Assembly (NCBI RefSeq): GCF_001194135.2
Contig: NC_068986.1
Span: 59,823,096-59,887,095, forward strand
Direction of reading: 5' to 3'
From: Octopus bimaculoides
Taxonomy: Eukaryota
DNA length: 64,000 bases
Below are positions 1 through 12,811 of the stretch, one piece after another. Under the pieces are notes generated by a model. The model was not told where the DNA came from and made no database searches. It was given only the letters and a program-made list of their open reading frames with translations. Both the position numbers and the translations under genes were made by a program. The first letter of the stretch is position 1. Every line of letters begins with the position of its first letter.

Positions 1-310
1 TAACTGTCCTATGTATATCTCATCGTCTTGTATATTGCTGTATACATTTACTGTTGTTCATAGAAATGTCTAAGTCACCCTTCTCAAGCACAAGACCCAT
101 AATGCCAATATCTAAGGGAGACAATACAATCATGTTTTTTTTTAATGATCATCAAATAAATAAAATTGCTAAATAAAATAAAAGTTATAAAAATGATTGC
201 ATTTGCTTTTTCTTTTACCATATGATGAGTATTCCCCTTATTGACAAGAAGAAAATTCAAATTAAAATGTTTAAATTCAATTACAAAACTATCTCTATAT
301 ATATATGTGT

Positions 311-395
311 TTCTTTCCTTTCCTGAGCGTCCAATAACACTGTACTTATTCCACGTCCTCGCATTGTTTTTTTTGTGTTTTTTCTTGTTTGTTCA
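311..395 (+). repeat. Interspersed repeat fragment, probably a Penelope-associated terminal sequence
   Basis: ttcctttcctgagcgtcc...gtcctcgcattgtt matches the reverse complement of 1035-1140 and resembles the 3' flank of the Penelope fragment near 26520-26560. Confidence 0.45.
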
Positions 396-406
396 TGTTT
401 AAATTG

Positions 407-408
<2 letters not shown>

Positions 409-440
<32 letters not shown>
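409..440. repeat. (TA)n microsatellite
   Basis: Direct reading; many more (TA)n and (CA)n tracts occur, often at gap edges. Confidence 0.95.
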
Positions 441-443
<3 letters not shown>

Positions 444-1034
444 TTGCTAATTTCTGTGATTCAGTCAAATCAGCCCTGTTGAATACTACCAGTCAATTGA
501 CCTTGCCTCATTCCTCTCACTCCCTTATGTGTTTTTTTTATTTCTTCCTTCTTTTAATCCTTATTCTATCTACATTTATATTCTCCACTCCAACTGGGCT
601 CTCTGCACATTCTGATTGAATCTTCCATGTGTAAACATGTACCTCCTTGCGACAATGTAAACTTATATTTAATCAAGATATCCTTGGCCTGAAGAGTAGC
701 CTACGCTATACGCCTTACTTGGATATTTACCACTTCCGAGGTTCTGCTCGCTATGAAACATATGTAGCCCAGATATTATCTACTCAATTCCTTAACTGTT
801 ATATTCTTATTCACATACATGGCAACCCTGGTCACCTACTGTGAAATATAAAAAGGACTTTTTTCAGTTTATCATACTTAGATATGAAAAGAAATCCACA
901 ACCTTCCATCTCAATAAACCACAATTGTCCCTGAAAGTTGTATTTTATGTTAACTATGGATTGCTTGAAGGTAACTTTCTTCCTACACTTCGATCCCTGG
1001 ATCTTACATTTATGTATGTGTATATATATAGTAA

Positions 1035-1200
1035 ATCCAAAAGAGAAGAACAAACACAAAACAAACAACAATGCGAGGACATGGTACATGTAAAGTATTA
1101 GCAGACGCTCAGGGAAGGAAAGGAAGATGTGGTTACATGTCCTTCTGTAGCACTTACATAGCCTTACTTGCTTTTAGGTCTTCTGGATTCCAACACCTCT
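1035..1200 (-). repeat. Second, inverted copy of the 311-395 repeat family
   Basis: Reverse complement reads ...cttcctttccttccctgagcgtctgctaatactttacatgtaccatgtcctcgcattgttgtttg. Confidence 0.5.
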
Positions 1201-1776
1201 CTCATATATATATATATATATATATGAAGCAAATTTAGTAGATGAATTTAAAAGAGAAATTCAATAACAACAACAAAATTGAAAAAAAAACCTATTATTT
1301 TTGGCAGTGCTGATACACTAGAATATCCAAAATATGTGAAATGTGATTGTATGTCAAAATAGTTTGATAGAGAAGCTGAAATAGTTATGATGTAAGGCTT
1401 AGTGTCTTGATGCTGTTCGGTGAATGATAATGTAAAGCCTAGAGGCTAAGCATGGCCAATTTTAATGAAGAGTATTGGAAAGCAAATGATATTTCATCAA
1501 TGAAAGTGGATTGCTATAGCAATGTGACTGGTTTGTCATTGAACCTTTCAAATATGCTTTTGGAGAGAGAGAGAGATAGAGAGGAGAGCATGTGTTTACT
1601 GAAGTTTAATATTTCATAGGCTTCATATACATTGGGGCTTTACCTTCAATGTTTTTGTTTGGTTGTCAAATTCATTGTCAGGCATGTACAATAGCATATA
1701 CGAAAATACATAGTGATAAGTTAAAGGTAACGGGAAATACAGTATTTGGCTGCAAACATAAACTCCCATCTAAACC

Positions 1777-1813
<37 letters not shown>

Positions 1814-1830
1814 GACAGACAGACAGACAT

Positions 1831-1867
<37 letters not shown>

Positions 1868-1876
1868 TAGACAGAG
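1777..1876. repeat. Compound (GA)n/(GACA)n microsatellite
   Basis: Direct reading. Confidence 0.95.
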
Positions 1877-2730
1877 ATGAAGAGGATACATATCCTTTTA
1901 CTGATTTGATCTTAGTCATTGACTGTGGGCATGCTGGGCCACTATTTTCCTGAGTATAGATGATTGTATCAACACCAATATTATTTTCATTGACTGCTGC
2001 TTATCTTATTGATAAGATCAAAAAGATCAAAAGCAAAATACACCATCAAGATTTGAACACAAAATATAGTAACACAAACTAAATACCACAAGATATTATT
2101 TTGTGTGATTCTCTACTATCCATATTCCAAAGCAGCCCCCACCAACCATATTTTGATATTCTCATGTATATAGCTTTAAATTTCTATAGGTTTCAAGAAA
2201 ACAGTCTTTTATTTCATATAATGAATGAATGAATGAGTACATGTGGGGTGGAGAGAGAGAAACTGTGTTTTAAGAGGATCCTTAGGTTATAACAGTAAAC
2301 ATTTTGTTTGAAAATATTGAAGTAAATAAAATAAATTCTGACTTTGGCTGTTTTCCATTATTTTGAATATGGAATAGACTAGATTGCCTTGACATATCTA
2401 ACAAACAATAAACAAATAATTAATAAAAAAAATAAAATGTAGTCATGACTATGCGCGTGTTAGTTATTTCTTAATGCTAATAAAAATTGAAAAACATCCA
2501 TAGCTGAGTTAAGTCAAGCTCTGATAAGGTTTTATATTACCAGTTTTCTTTTTTTTTATGTATCTTTTATTGTTTAATTTATATATTTACTACTAATATT
2601 TTTATTACTACTAATATTCTCATATGATTTATAAATACATTTGCCTTCTGTCTTTGATTTATAGTAGGATTCTACTACATCTAAAATATAGAACGACCAA
2701 GATAAGCTGATCAGATAATATCCATCGTCA

Positions 2731-2744
2731 TACACACACACACA

Positions 2745-2780
<36 letters not shown>

Positions 2781-2800
2781 CTCTCTCTCACATGCACACA

Positions 2801-2841
<41 letters not shown>

Positions 2842-2872
2842 ACACACACACACTCTCTCTCTTTCTCTCTTT
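2731..2872. repeat. Compound (CA)n/(CT)n microsatellite
   Basis: Alternating CA and CT blocks; explains the spurious ORF 2574-2957. Confidence 0.95.
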
Positions 2873-4022
2873 CCATTATCATCATTACTATATGTCTGCT
2901 TATTTTTTCATGCTGGCATGAGTTTGATGATTTATCACAGTTGACATACTCTAACACCTACTATAACAATAGAAAAACTAGTTAACTTTGGTATTGTACA
3001 TGTCTTTGCCTAAGACTCTTGGGTGTATTCTATAATATCAGGACTAAAAGAATTGTCTGAGACTACCATTCACCCTGTATCAGCTATTATTCAGAATTAC
3101 TACATACTAAGCAAGTAGCCTGCAGAACATCTTGCATATACATACCATTTTTGGCGTGATTTCTACCACTGCCACATGCTAAGTCCTTTTCTTGTCAGTC
3201 TGTCAGAAAAACCACTGCATTTATTATGCACCTACAGTTTACAATGGGTATACTACATGGTCAAAGAGTCATGTCTTCTTTCTTCATATGACTCACATAA
3301 ACAAAAACCCAATAGATTAGAAGTTGTCATGTGGAAGACATAGAATAAAATACCTTAGATGGAAAGAAGTAAGGGTGGGTGTCAGGAAGGGAATCTGGTC
3401 ATAAACTATAGCTTTGAGATATTTTATCCAATCCATGCCACCATGAAAAAAGCAATAATGATCAAAAGATTTTTCAATTGACAAAGCTACAATGAATATG
3501 TACAGAATGATAGGTAAGGATATATATATATAGGAAAATGAAAAATAATAATAAGGCAGAATGCTAAACTGGAAGCATATTTTAATAAAGATTTCTAACC
3601 GGCTTTCATTGCATGGCAAATTTTCAAGAAGAGGGAGAATGAAAATGTTTTTTACAAAAAAGTAAAAAATGAAAAAAATAATATATAAAAAAAATTTAGA
3701 TATAAAAAAATAAATATACCAATACATTATATTGTCTTTGAGCTTTTAAAGTTCAATGGTAATTCATGTAGATAATGGTTGGAAAAATAAGGATGCATGA
3801 AAATTGAGAGTTGTGTTAGGTTTAAAAAAAGAGAAAAGGGTTTAAAAGTTTGTGTTAAGCAGGAAGTGTGGTGTCAAAACAGGAAGTGTGTGTAAGGGGA
3901 GACAAATCTTTTTAGTTGGAGTTATGAACTCTTTGTCAACAGGAAGTTTATGTCTGTTCCTAGAGAAATAAGGTCACTGAGGGGTTTGTGTGTTAAGAAA
4001 TGGTTGGAATTTCTCTATGAAT

Positions 4023-4082
4023 ATCATACTGATGAGGAAATGAAAAGTTTTCACTTTTCTAAGCCAGAAACGTGTCTATGAT
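4023..4082 (+). ncRNA. Putative minimal type I hammerhead ribozyme motif
   Basis: ATCATA-CTGATGA-[31 nt]-GAAA-CGTGT-C-TATGAT: 6-bp stem I (ATCATA/TATGAT), conserved core boxes, near-palindromic stem III, UC cleavage site; stem II closure is non-canonical. Confidence 0.55.
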
Positions 4083-4344
4083 TAACTAAGACTGGTTAGT
4101 TTCGTTGTTTTATCTTCTTGTTTTGCCTTTGTGAGTTACAAGTATTGCTATCCTTTATGTTTATAAATGTATAAGAACTTTTAAATAAGTTCTTCACCGA
4201 TAATGGTGTTTACATACCGAAGGGCTTGGTAAAAATTATTAATTATTAATTTATTAATAAATTAATAATCCGTTACCCTTTTATTTGTTATATGATTTAT
4301 ATATATTTATGTACATACATACCTATATAATTTATAATTATGTA

Positions 4345-4555
4345 TATATTCTTTTATTGTTTTTACTTATTTTAGTCATTTGACTGCAGCCTTGTTGCTG
4401 CACCGCCTTTAGACAAAGAAACTGACCCCAGGATTTAGTCTTTGCAAGCCTAGTACTTATATTCTATTGGTTTCTTTTTGACGAGCTGCTAAGTGATGGG
4501 GATGTAAACACACCAACATCGGTTGTCAAGTGACGGTGGAGGGACAAACACAGAC

Positions 4556-4560
<5 letters not shown>
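4345..4560 (-). mobile_element. SINE family A, 3' half
   Basis: ttttacttattttagtcatttgactgcagcc...ggttgtcaagtgacggtggagggacaaacac is the reverse complement of the 3' half of 24890-25290. Confidence 0.75.
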
Positions 4561-4587
<27 letters not shown>

Positions 4588-5069
4588 CAAACAATAAGCA
4601 ACAAGGATTTCAAAAGTGATTGCAGTACGCACGTTTCATGCTACTTCAATTTATTTAAGTAATGTGAGCATTACCTTAAATGCAATATGAAGAGCAATCT
4701 TCAGCTGCACGAAAAAATGCAGAAAAAAGACATATTACAAATGTGGCAACATATTAAAACCAAGTGGGATTTTATGTATGCTCTCTCCCACTTGGTTNNN
4801 NNNNNNNNNNNNNNNNNNNNNNNNNNNNNNNNNNNNNNNNNNNNNNNNNNNNNNNNNNNNNNNNNNNNNNNNNNNNNNNNNNNNNNNNNNNNNNNNNNNN
4901 NNNNNNNNNNNNNNNNNNNNNNNNNNNNNNNNNNNNNNNNNNNNNNNNNNNNNNNNNNNNNNNNNNNNNNNNNNNNNNNNNNNNNNNNNNNNNNNNNNNN
5001 NNNNNNNNNNNNNNNNNNNNNNNNNNNNNNNNNNNNNNNNNNNNNNNNNNNNNNNNNNATAAATATATA

Positions 5070-5197
5070 TATGATGTGCTTCTTTCAGTTTCTGTCAACC
5101 AAATCCACTCACAAGGTTGGCCCGAGGTGCCACACAATGGGACTGAACTTGGAACCATGTGGTTGGGAAGCAAGCTTCTTACCACACAGCCACTCCA
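5070..5197 (-). mobile_element. SINE family A, tRNA-like head
   Basis: Reverse complement ggagtggctgtgtggtaagaagcttgcttcccaaccacatggttccaagttcagtccca has A-box and B-box-like motifs and matches the other copies. Confidence 0.8.
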
Positions 5198-5395
5198 CTA
5201 TATATATGTGTGTTACAGACATATGTACCAGTAATACATAAAAGAGTAAAAGAACAGTTCCTTGAAATATTCGTTTATTTCAAGCACTGCTGCAAACAGT
5301 GGAAGTGAGCTAGAACGTTAAAACTTCGTGCACATGCACAACAGAATCCAAGGTCAATCTTTGCCAAGCAGCGTCACTCTGCATGCTTTAGCTTC

Positions 5396-5409
5396 GTTAC
5401 TATGGCAAC
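5396..5409. promoter_or_regulatory. RFX X-box match
   Basis: GTTACTATGGCAAC fits the consensus GTHNYYATRRNAAC at every position; unique, relatively CpG-containing context. Confidence 0.5.
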
Positions 5410-6514
5410 AGTCCAGATACTTATTGATCAGATCACATATATGTGTATGCGTACTATCCCACCAATTTTTATTAGTGTATTAAATACTAATATAATCATA
5501 ATATTATTGCAGTCTACACTCTCTGAAAGGTATTTGTCAAAATCTTCATTTAAAAATACTTACTTTTCCAAAAGTTATGAGAAAACAGAGCCAAGCGTTG
5601 TGAATTTTGTAAATACAAAAAAATGTATTCACCCACCACTGAATACATTTTTTTCCTAATGAACTCAGATATAACCAAAATTTATGTCACCTGAAGCATA
5701 TTTGTAGAAAATTTGATTGAAAAATATCCATTTTTGTGGAAGTTACAATGAAACAAACTCAGTGGGACACATTTGTATATGTATATCGCCGTTGCTTTAT
5801 GTATGTATGCGGCTACATTGTCAGAAACAAAATCAGTGTGGAAATTTTGTGTATATATGCCCATTGCTTTAACATAAGTAATACTAACATTACATTGCTA
5901 TTATATATCTAAATATTAGCTCGTGTCATTTGACTCTCATTATTTACGTAACAATATTTAATTATATAGCTGTATGTTTACTACTTACATTCAGTTTGCA
6001 TAAAAAGAGTGTCAATAATGTGACTGTGACAGGCTCAATTTTCAACAATACATAAACATAAATAGGATAACTGTATTTATGATGTTATTGTGTTTCCTAA
6101 TGAATATTGTGTTTAAAATGCATCAGAGTGTGTGTATATATATGTGTGTGTGCTTATATTAAGATTTATTGGCATTGTTGAGGCAGTAATTTTTCATGGC
6201 TTTATAAATGCACATTCTTTTAGCATAATTGCATTTCATCTTATAGCTCTACTTCACGTTTTCCATTATCAATATTAGAGGTTCATTCATGTTCAAGTCT
6301 TGCCAGCATTCTTCCTACATGCATGCCATTTGTATACTTACACATATTAATTATAGGAATATATGATACGATGATATCAAACCAATGTAAAACAAGCTAT
6401 CTTAAAGATAGCATGTTCACACTAGTATGTGTGTGTGTGTGTGTGTGTGTGCATGCATATATCATATGATCATGTGATCAACCAGACTATTGGATGTTGT
6501 TATACATCACTAGT

Positions 6515-6762
6515 CACAATGTACTTTGCATCATTTTAGTTTTCAAATGATGCCACCCTGCTGGCTGGGCAAGCAGGCCAACATCCTCTCTTATTGGGAG
6601 GCTTGTCCATTGCAGGGTGACCCATTTATAGCTGAGTTGAGGGGAACAATGTGGAATAAAGTGCCTGGCTAAAGAACACAATGAACAATCCAGTCTTGGA
6701 ATCAAACCCACAACTGGCTATTGTGAATGCAATACCTTAACCACTGGGCCATGCACCTTCAC
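6515..6762 (-). mobile_element. tRNA-headed SINE with conserved central domain (related to 44960-45270)
   Basis: Reverse-complement head gaaggtgcatggcccagtggttaaggtattgc...gggtttgattcc followed by ttgtgttctttagccaggcactttattcc. Confidence 0.65.
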
Positions 6763-6781
6763 TATATAGATATATACATGT

Positions 6782-6935
6782 CTATCCTGTCTTTGCAAGG
6801 ACTTTTGTGTCAGGTGTTTTACTTTGCTTCTTGATGTTGGGTATGTGTCTCAAACACTTTTGATGAAAGTGCTCAAGTAGCTTGAGATGCCTAAAGTGTA
6901 CTGTCCATGTTTCAGAAGAGTGCAATAGAACCCTT
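6782..6935 (-). mobile_element. RTE-clade LINE C-terminal fragment
   Basis: VLLHSSETWTVHFRHLKLLEHFHQKCLRHI matches the RTE post-RT motif LLYGSETW...LERFHQRCLR. Confidence 0.75.
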
Positions 6936-7994
6936 AGTACATATATATATATACATACATATATATANNNNNNNNNNNNNNNNNNNNNNNNNNNNNNNNN
7001 NNNNNNNNNNNNNNNNNNNNNNNNNNNNNNNNNNNNNNNNNNNNNNNNNNNNNNNNNNNNNNNNNNNNNNNNNNNNNNNNNNNNNNNNNNNNNNNNNNNN
7101 NNNNNNNNNNNNNNNNNNNNNNNNNNNNNNNNNNNNNNNNNNNNNNNNNNNNNNNNNNNNNNNNNNNNNNNNNNNNNNNNNNNNNNNNNNNNNNNNNNNN
7201 NNNNNNNNNNNNNNNNNNNNNNNNNNNNNNNNNNNNNNNNNNNNNNNNNNNNNNNNNNNNNNNNNNNNNNNNNNNNNNNNNNNNNNNNNNNNNNNNNNNN
7301 NNNNNNNNNNNNNNNNNNNNNNNNNNNNNNNNNNNNNNNNNNNNNNNNNNNNNNNNNNNNNNNNNNNNNNNNNNNNNNNNNNNNNNNNNNNNNNNNNNNN
7401 NNNNNNNNNNNNNNNNNNNNNNNNNNNNNNNNNNNNNNNNNNNNNNNNNNNNNNNNNNNNNNNNNNNNNNNNNNNNNNNNNNNNNNNNNNNNNNNNNNNN
7501 NNNNNNNNNNNNNNNNNNNNNNNNNNNNNNNNNNNNNNNNNNNNNNNNNNNNNNNNNNNNNNNNNNNNNNNNNNNNNNNNNNNNNNNNNNNNNNNNNNNN
7601 NNNNNNNNNNNNNNNNNNNNNNNNNNNNNNNNNNNNNNNNNNNNNNNNNNNNNNNNNNNNNNNATATATATAAAGTACAAAAATGAAAATAAAATATTTC
7701 ATATTGAAGAATACAATCAAATTCTATTTGGGCAATTCATAACTAAAAGATTTGGGAAGGAGTCCAAAAAGCCACTACTAAAATCTTAGTAGTACTACTA
7801 AAATTTTAGTATCACTTTAAATTCTATTTTCCAGTAAGAACTGGTGTATGGAATATTTCTGATAATCTAAACTACAAATGGTATGACAAAGCAATCTTAA
7901 AGAAATAATGGTCAACAAAAATTGGAGCAGATGGAGTTTACCTTTGGACAAAAATACTGTGACTTTATTTGTGTAATAATGGTTGCACACATGA

Positions 7995-8150
7995 CAGGCT
8001 TCTATCAATTTCCATCTATTAAATCCACTCATAATCTTTGGTCAGCCCGAGGCTATAGTAGAAAACACTTGCTAAGCAAGGAGCCATGCTTAACTTGGAA
8101 ACATGTGGTTATGAAACAAACTTTTTACCACACAACAATGATTGCACCTA
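7995..8150 (-). mobile_element. SINE family A head, degraded
   Basis: aaatccactcataatctttggtcagcccgaggctatagtagaaaacacttgc matches family A in reverse. Confidence 0.7.
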
Positions 8151-10360
8151 TGTACATATGAAAACATTCTTACATACTCATACCATTTCCAATGCATACA
8201 AAAAAGAAGATGGAGGGAAAGAAAGGGCAAGCACAAACTCTTGCAGGTGAGGCAGCTCTATCAACAACCACTCCAACAAGAACAACACTCCAAGATGCTA
8301 GCACAGATATGACAATGACATTGATAATAACAATAATAATAATGACAATGTGTGTGTGTGTGTGTGTGTGTGAAACATGCAGGTAGGTGTCTGTCATTAG
8401 GAATCTTATCTTATAAAAGGATTTTGATCAAGAATTTAATTTAAGCATGAATTTCAATATAGGCAGGCTGCTATCAATGAAGGGTCAACTAATATGTTTT
8501 GATCAGACATAATCTACACTGAAAATCTGAACAGCTTTCAACTTCCTAGCTTTTCATTTGTTCATTGGCAAAGAATCAAACACTAGAAGTATTGACCATT
8601 AAAATAAAATCACAGTTCAAAACAAGCATCTTGCCATTCTTGGCTGCATGTAGCATAATCAAATTATTAAACCGACTAGATGATGTGATACTAGATATAT
8701 TGCATTTTACTTTTAGGGAAGACATATAATTATTAGATTTATAATAATCAGGATGTTTACAAGTATTCATAAAATAACATTTTACATTTTTTGATTTTTT
8801 TCTTTTATGAAATTCAACAAAGTTAAAGAATTTTTGTTTTCTTTGAACTTAAACTTATTAAGGGCTCTTTATTTTTAAGAGATTTAACAAGTTTACTTCC
8901 CCATAAGTTAATGACTTGAAGTTCAATAGCATTTGTTCTATGACTAAAAATATTCTATGATGAAACACTGAGGTTTACTAACTACAGGATCTGGAGTTCA
9001 AGTATTACTATATACACTGACAGACAAAAAGAATTTTGCTTGATTGATAACCAGTTCTATTTGTAATGGCAAGCAAGGTATTCAACTGCAAAATCAAATA
9101 TCCAACATTGTGTAAAATACTTAAATTCACAAAACCTGAAACCCATCATAACTGTGTTGGTCAAAAAATCAGAAAGCTATATATAATTTTTTTAAAATAT
9201 TCATTCTATGGATTGAAAAATCGTATTCTTACTCAAAGCACATTTATTTATTAGTTAAAAGTGAAAACCAATATACTGCTTCTCAGAAGAGAAAAACATC
9301 TAGTATGCTTTGCAAACTATTTCCTTCCCAATCCCACTTTCTTTCCTTTATAAAAATATATACATATTAATAATCCAGAGAGCAATCTATTGCTTTAGAA
9401 TAAGCATGACATAGTATCCTATACATAATTATTATAATTGGAGGACATAGAATTATGGTCCAATATGATACCTGGTATTTAATTCTATCAGCAAGGAAAT
9501 AAAATCTTGATTGACACAGCTTAACAGTCAGTTGGATTACTAACCAAAAACTTAGTGGATCATATTGTCTTTAACACTACTGTACTGTGTACATGTGCCC
9601 TATTCAATAAAGTATAATGCATCATATGTATGTTACCTATGTAAGCTGTAAAAAGACTGTATAGTTGACAAACGTTTCATTAGTTTAGAATACCAAAGTT
9701 TAAGTCCTTTTGAGACTTGGTCCATGATAGTGGGGCTCACACTGAAGTTCTGTTGGAATTTCAGCAATTACTGCATCAAAGGGCCTTAATATTACTCATG
9801 AACAAGAGGTTGTGAAGATAGTAAAATAATAAAATGTGTACTTTTTAGCAGCCTGGAATTCATTCAGTAATATATAGTCTCAAGTAATATTTTCTTAAAT
9901 TTTAGGTAAATAATGTTGCTTTCTTATAAAAAAGTGAAATTAAAAACTATTCCCACATATTCTAAAACTTTCCAGACAGTTTTTTTGTTAAGAATATTAA
10001 GATTTGTTAGACTTTCATTTCATGGGAGATATTCAAAGATTTTATCATCACTGTGAATAATCATTTTAGTATTAAAATGATTTTTTAGAGAAAAAAAACA
10101 TGAATAAATAGAATAATCATTATAAAACATTACTTTCCCGAAATATTAATCAGTAATCTGTGACAATTCAGAAAACATTAATAAATTATTCATTGTAACA
10201 GATGCTACAGAATCATTACTTGAAGAAGTGAAAGAAATACATTCTAGCAGTGTTTATTGCTTCGTTCTATTTCGATCTAATTTGGAAATAGCAATTTCAT
10301 TGGTTACTCTGATTGATAAGCTTGATGCTTATTAAAACTCTAATTACTGTTGTGGCGTTT

Positions 10361-10374
10361 GTTACCATGGAAAC
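10361..10374. promoter_or_regulatory. RFX X-box match
   Basis: GTTACCATGGAAAC, near-palindromic canonical X-box in unique sequence. Confidence 0.45.
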
Positions 10375-10870
10375 TGTATTGAAACAAAAGACAATTATTG
10401 TATATTTATAAACATTGCTAATGTCACTAACCACTTCAAGTTGGTGTAGAATCTTTCTAAAGAATAACATAAATTAAAAAAAGGAAACTATTACATATTA
10501 CTAGGACAGCCATGAGGAGCAATGTTGAACAAGATATAAAGCTCTGTGTAAACCAAAGTATTTCCATGTGCAGTCATCAAACTGAATAAAATTCTTTGTA
10601 CATATTAAAATTGTAAATAATGAAAACAAATTTTTATCTGTGGATAGTGTGTTTTTGTGTGTGTGTCATTCTTGTGTATGTACCTTGTGATTTTTCTAGT
10701 TCAACAGATCTTCTGTCTGAATATTGGTGTCTTCTTATTGCTTCAAGTTTGTTGGAGTTGCTTCTGTCCTCATTATTGAACACTCATATGTTATTTTCAA
10801 TGGGAGACCTATGTGTGTGTATGTGTGTATACATGTGGTGTGTATAAGTATGTATGTATATATGTAAATA

Positions 10871-10919
<49 letters not shown>

Positions 10920-12420
10920 GTGTGTGTGTGTTCGAAACCAAAATTCAAAAGTGCGTTATTGAAATTTGATTATATGTAACTACTTGTGAGATAATATCAA
11001 AGAATTCCCAGTAAGAAAATTCCTGAGAAGAGAAAGAAATACAATATAAAGTATTACCATATTTTTGTAATCCATCTGAGTTGTGAATATCAACTCTTCT
11101 TAACAATTCCATTGAAGTAAAAAATAAACACAGACTTGAGTAGATCAAAGATGCTTTTACTAAAGGACTAGAATATCAAACTGTCAGGAATTTTTGTGTG
11201 TGGGACTAAACCCGCACCTTATCCTGTAGCAAAGGAAAAGAGGAGTACTTGAAATGCCAGAAGGAAATGAAGTATATGACAAAATCACTGGCTTATGGGA
11301 AAGGAAAAGCAAAATAAACTAATTGTTAGTATTGTTTTGCTACTAAACTTTGATTCTGGATTCTCTTTCAACTAATAGAAATTAGCCTATAATGTTGTAA
11401 GTTACTCATCATTATATATAATCTAGCTTTGTAGTGTCTTCAGATTTTCAGCTATGTTTCAATAAACTAGTGTCTTGCATAACATAAAAATGGACAAGTG
11501 GAAAAGAAACAGGAAGACATGAAACATTTTGTAGTTGCTTTGGCTTTGTAACTTTTACATTTTAGACAAGACACATCATTTACATTTCAAAAGCATTGCA
11601 CTAAATAAGGACTAGGATATAAAAAAAAATATCCTTCTATTCATATGATCAGTTTGAAGAGTAGGTCAATGACTTTATTATAATATAAACTCTTCTAGAG
11701 TGAGGTGTATGGTAAATGAGTTAGTTAGTGGAGTTAACATTCAATTTGAATTGCTACTGGATAGTGGTGTAGTTCCAGGATGAAGGATGATGGAGTATGT
11801 TTAATATTGGGTTTGTAATTTCTTTTTCACTTTTGACAAAGCATCAGAAAATTAAATCAAAATAAAATCTTTAACCAAAATAATGATTCTCTTTTATGTA
11901 GAATTAAAATGGCTAAGTAAGTGGGGTATTGATATACCAACTCAAAGCTCTTTAGTTCAGTTCTACTGCAGATATTTTCTTATGCATTTGGTCAATGAAC
12001 TGAATTGTGCACTGCCCAGTTCAGCTATTTGCTGAGAATAGAAAACTTAAAACATCATCTACATTAACACTACCACCTGTCCCTTGGGTACCATTAGTGG
12101 AGTCCACTTTACTACCAGAGTCCAGGCTAGTACTTCATCTAAGAACCACTTCCTCTCTTCCTTTGACCTGTGTTGAAAGCCCTTCAAAAGGGTCATGGTT
12201 GCTGCACTTACTCATCTGACTAAGTCATACAAAATAAACAAAAAATATTTTGGAACGTTAACATCATTCTGCCAAGGAGGAGATTTAACTTAATACTAGG
12301 AAATTGGAATCAAGCACCATCCTTAAAAGCTCCATGGGGATAAAAGGACAATAACATTTACTATCTAACTGTTAGAGAAAGTAGAGTTAATCATTGAACC
12401 TTTGAATTTCTGAGAATTGA

Positions 12421-12785
12421 TTGGTTCCAGGTTCAGGCCCACTGCCTAACATCCTGGGCAAGTGTCTTCTACTGTAGCCTCAGGCTGGCCAAAGACTTGT
12501 GAGTGGATTTGGCAGACAGAAACTGAAAGAAACCCATCGTGTATGCGCACACACATGCACATATATGTGTCTCTGTGTCTGTGTTTGTCCCCCACCACTG
12601 CATGACAACCAGTGTTGGTGTGTTGGTATCCCTATAACTTAGCAGTTCAGCAAAAGAACCCAACAGAATAAGAACTAATTTAAAAAACACCAAAAAAATC
12701 TGGAGTTGATCTCATTCGACTAAAATTCTTCAAGATGGTTCCAAGCATAGTCACAGTCTAATGAGTGAAACAAGTGAAATAAGAG
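12421..12785 (+). mobile_element. SINE family A, near full length
   Basis: Colinear with 24890-25290: head, central microsatellite, 3' part ending gaaacaagtgaaataagag. Confidence 0.8.
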
Positions 12786-12811
12786 AAAAAAATTAATTTA
12801 TCTTTGATTTA

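Noticed and set aside
1510-1523. Palindrome ATTGCTATAGCAAT as an X-box
   Set aside because: Both conserved terminal positions (G, C) are mismatched.
4190-4235. Second hammerhead-like string (ccgataatggt...accgaagg)
   Set aside because: Three core positions deviate and there is no stem I.
7774-7811. Short palindromic duplication actactaa...ttagtagt
   Set aside because: Short and AT-rich; compatible with ordinary slippage.
11990-12215. Possible minus-strand exon (STSLDSGSKVDSTNGTQGTGG...)
   Set aside because: An in-frame stop separates the segments, there is no consistent splice phase, and the peptide is not recognised.
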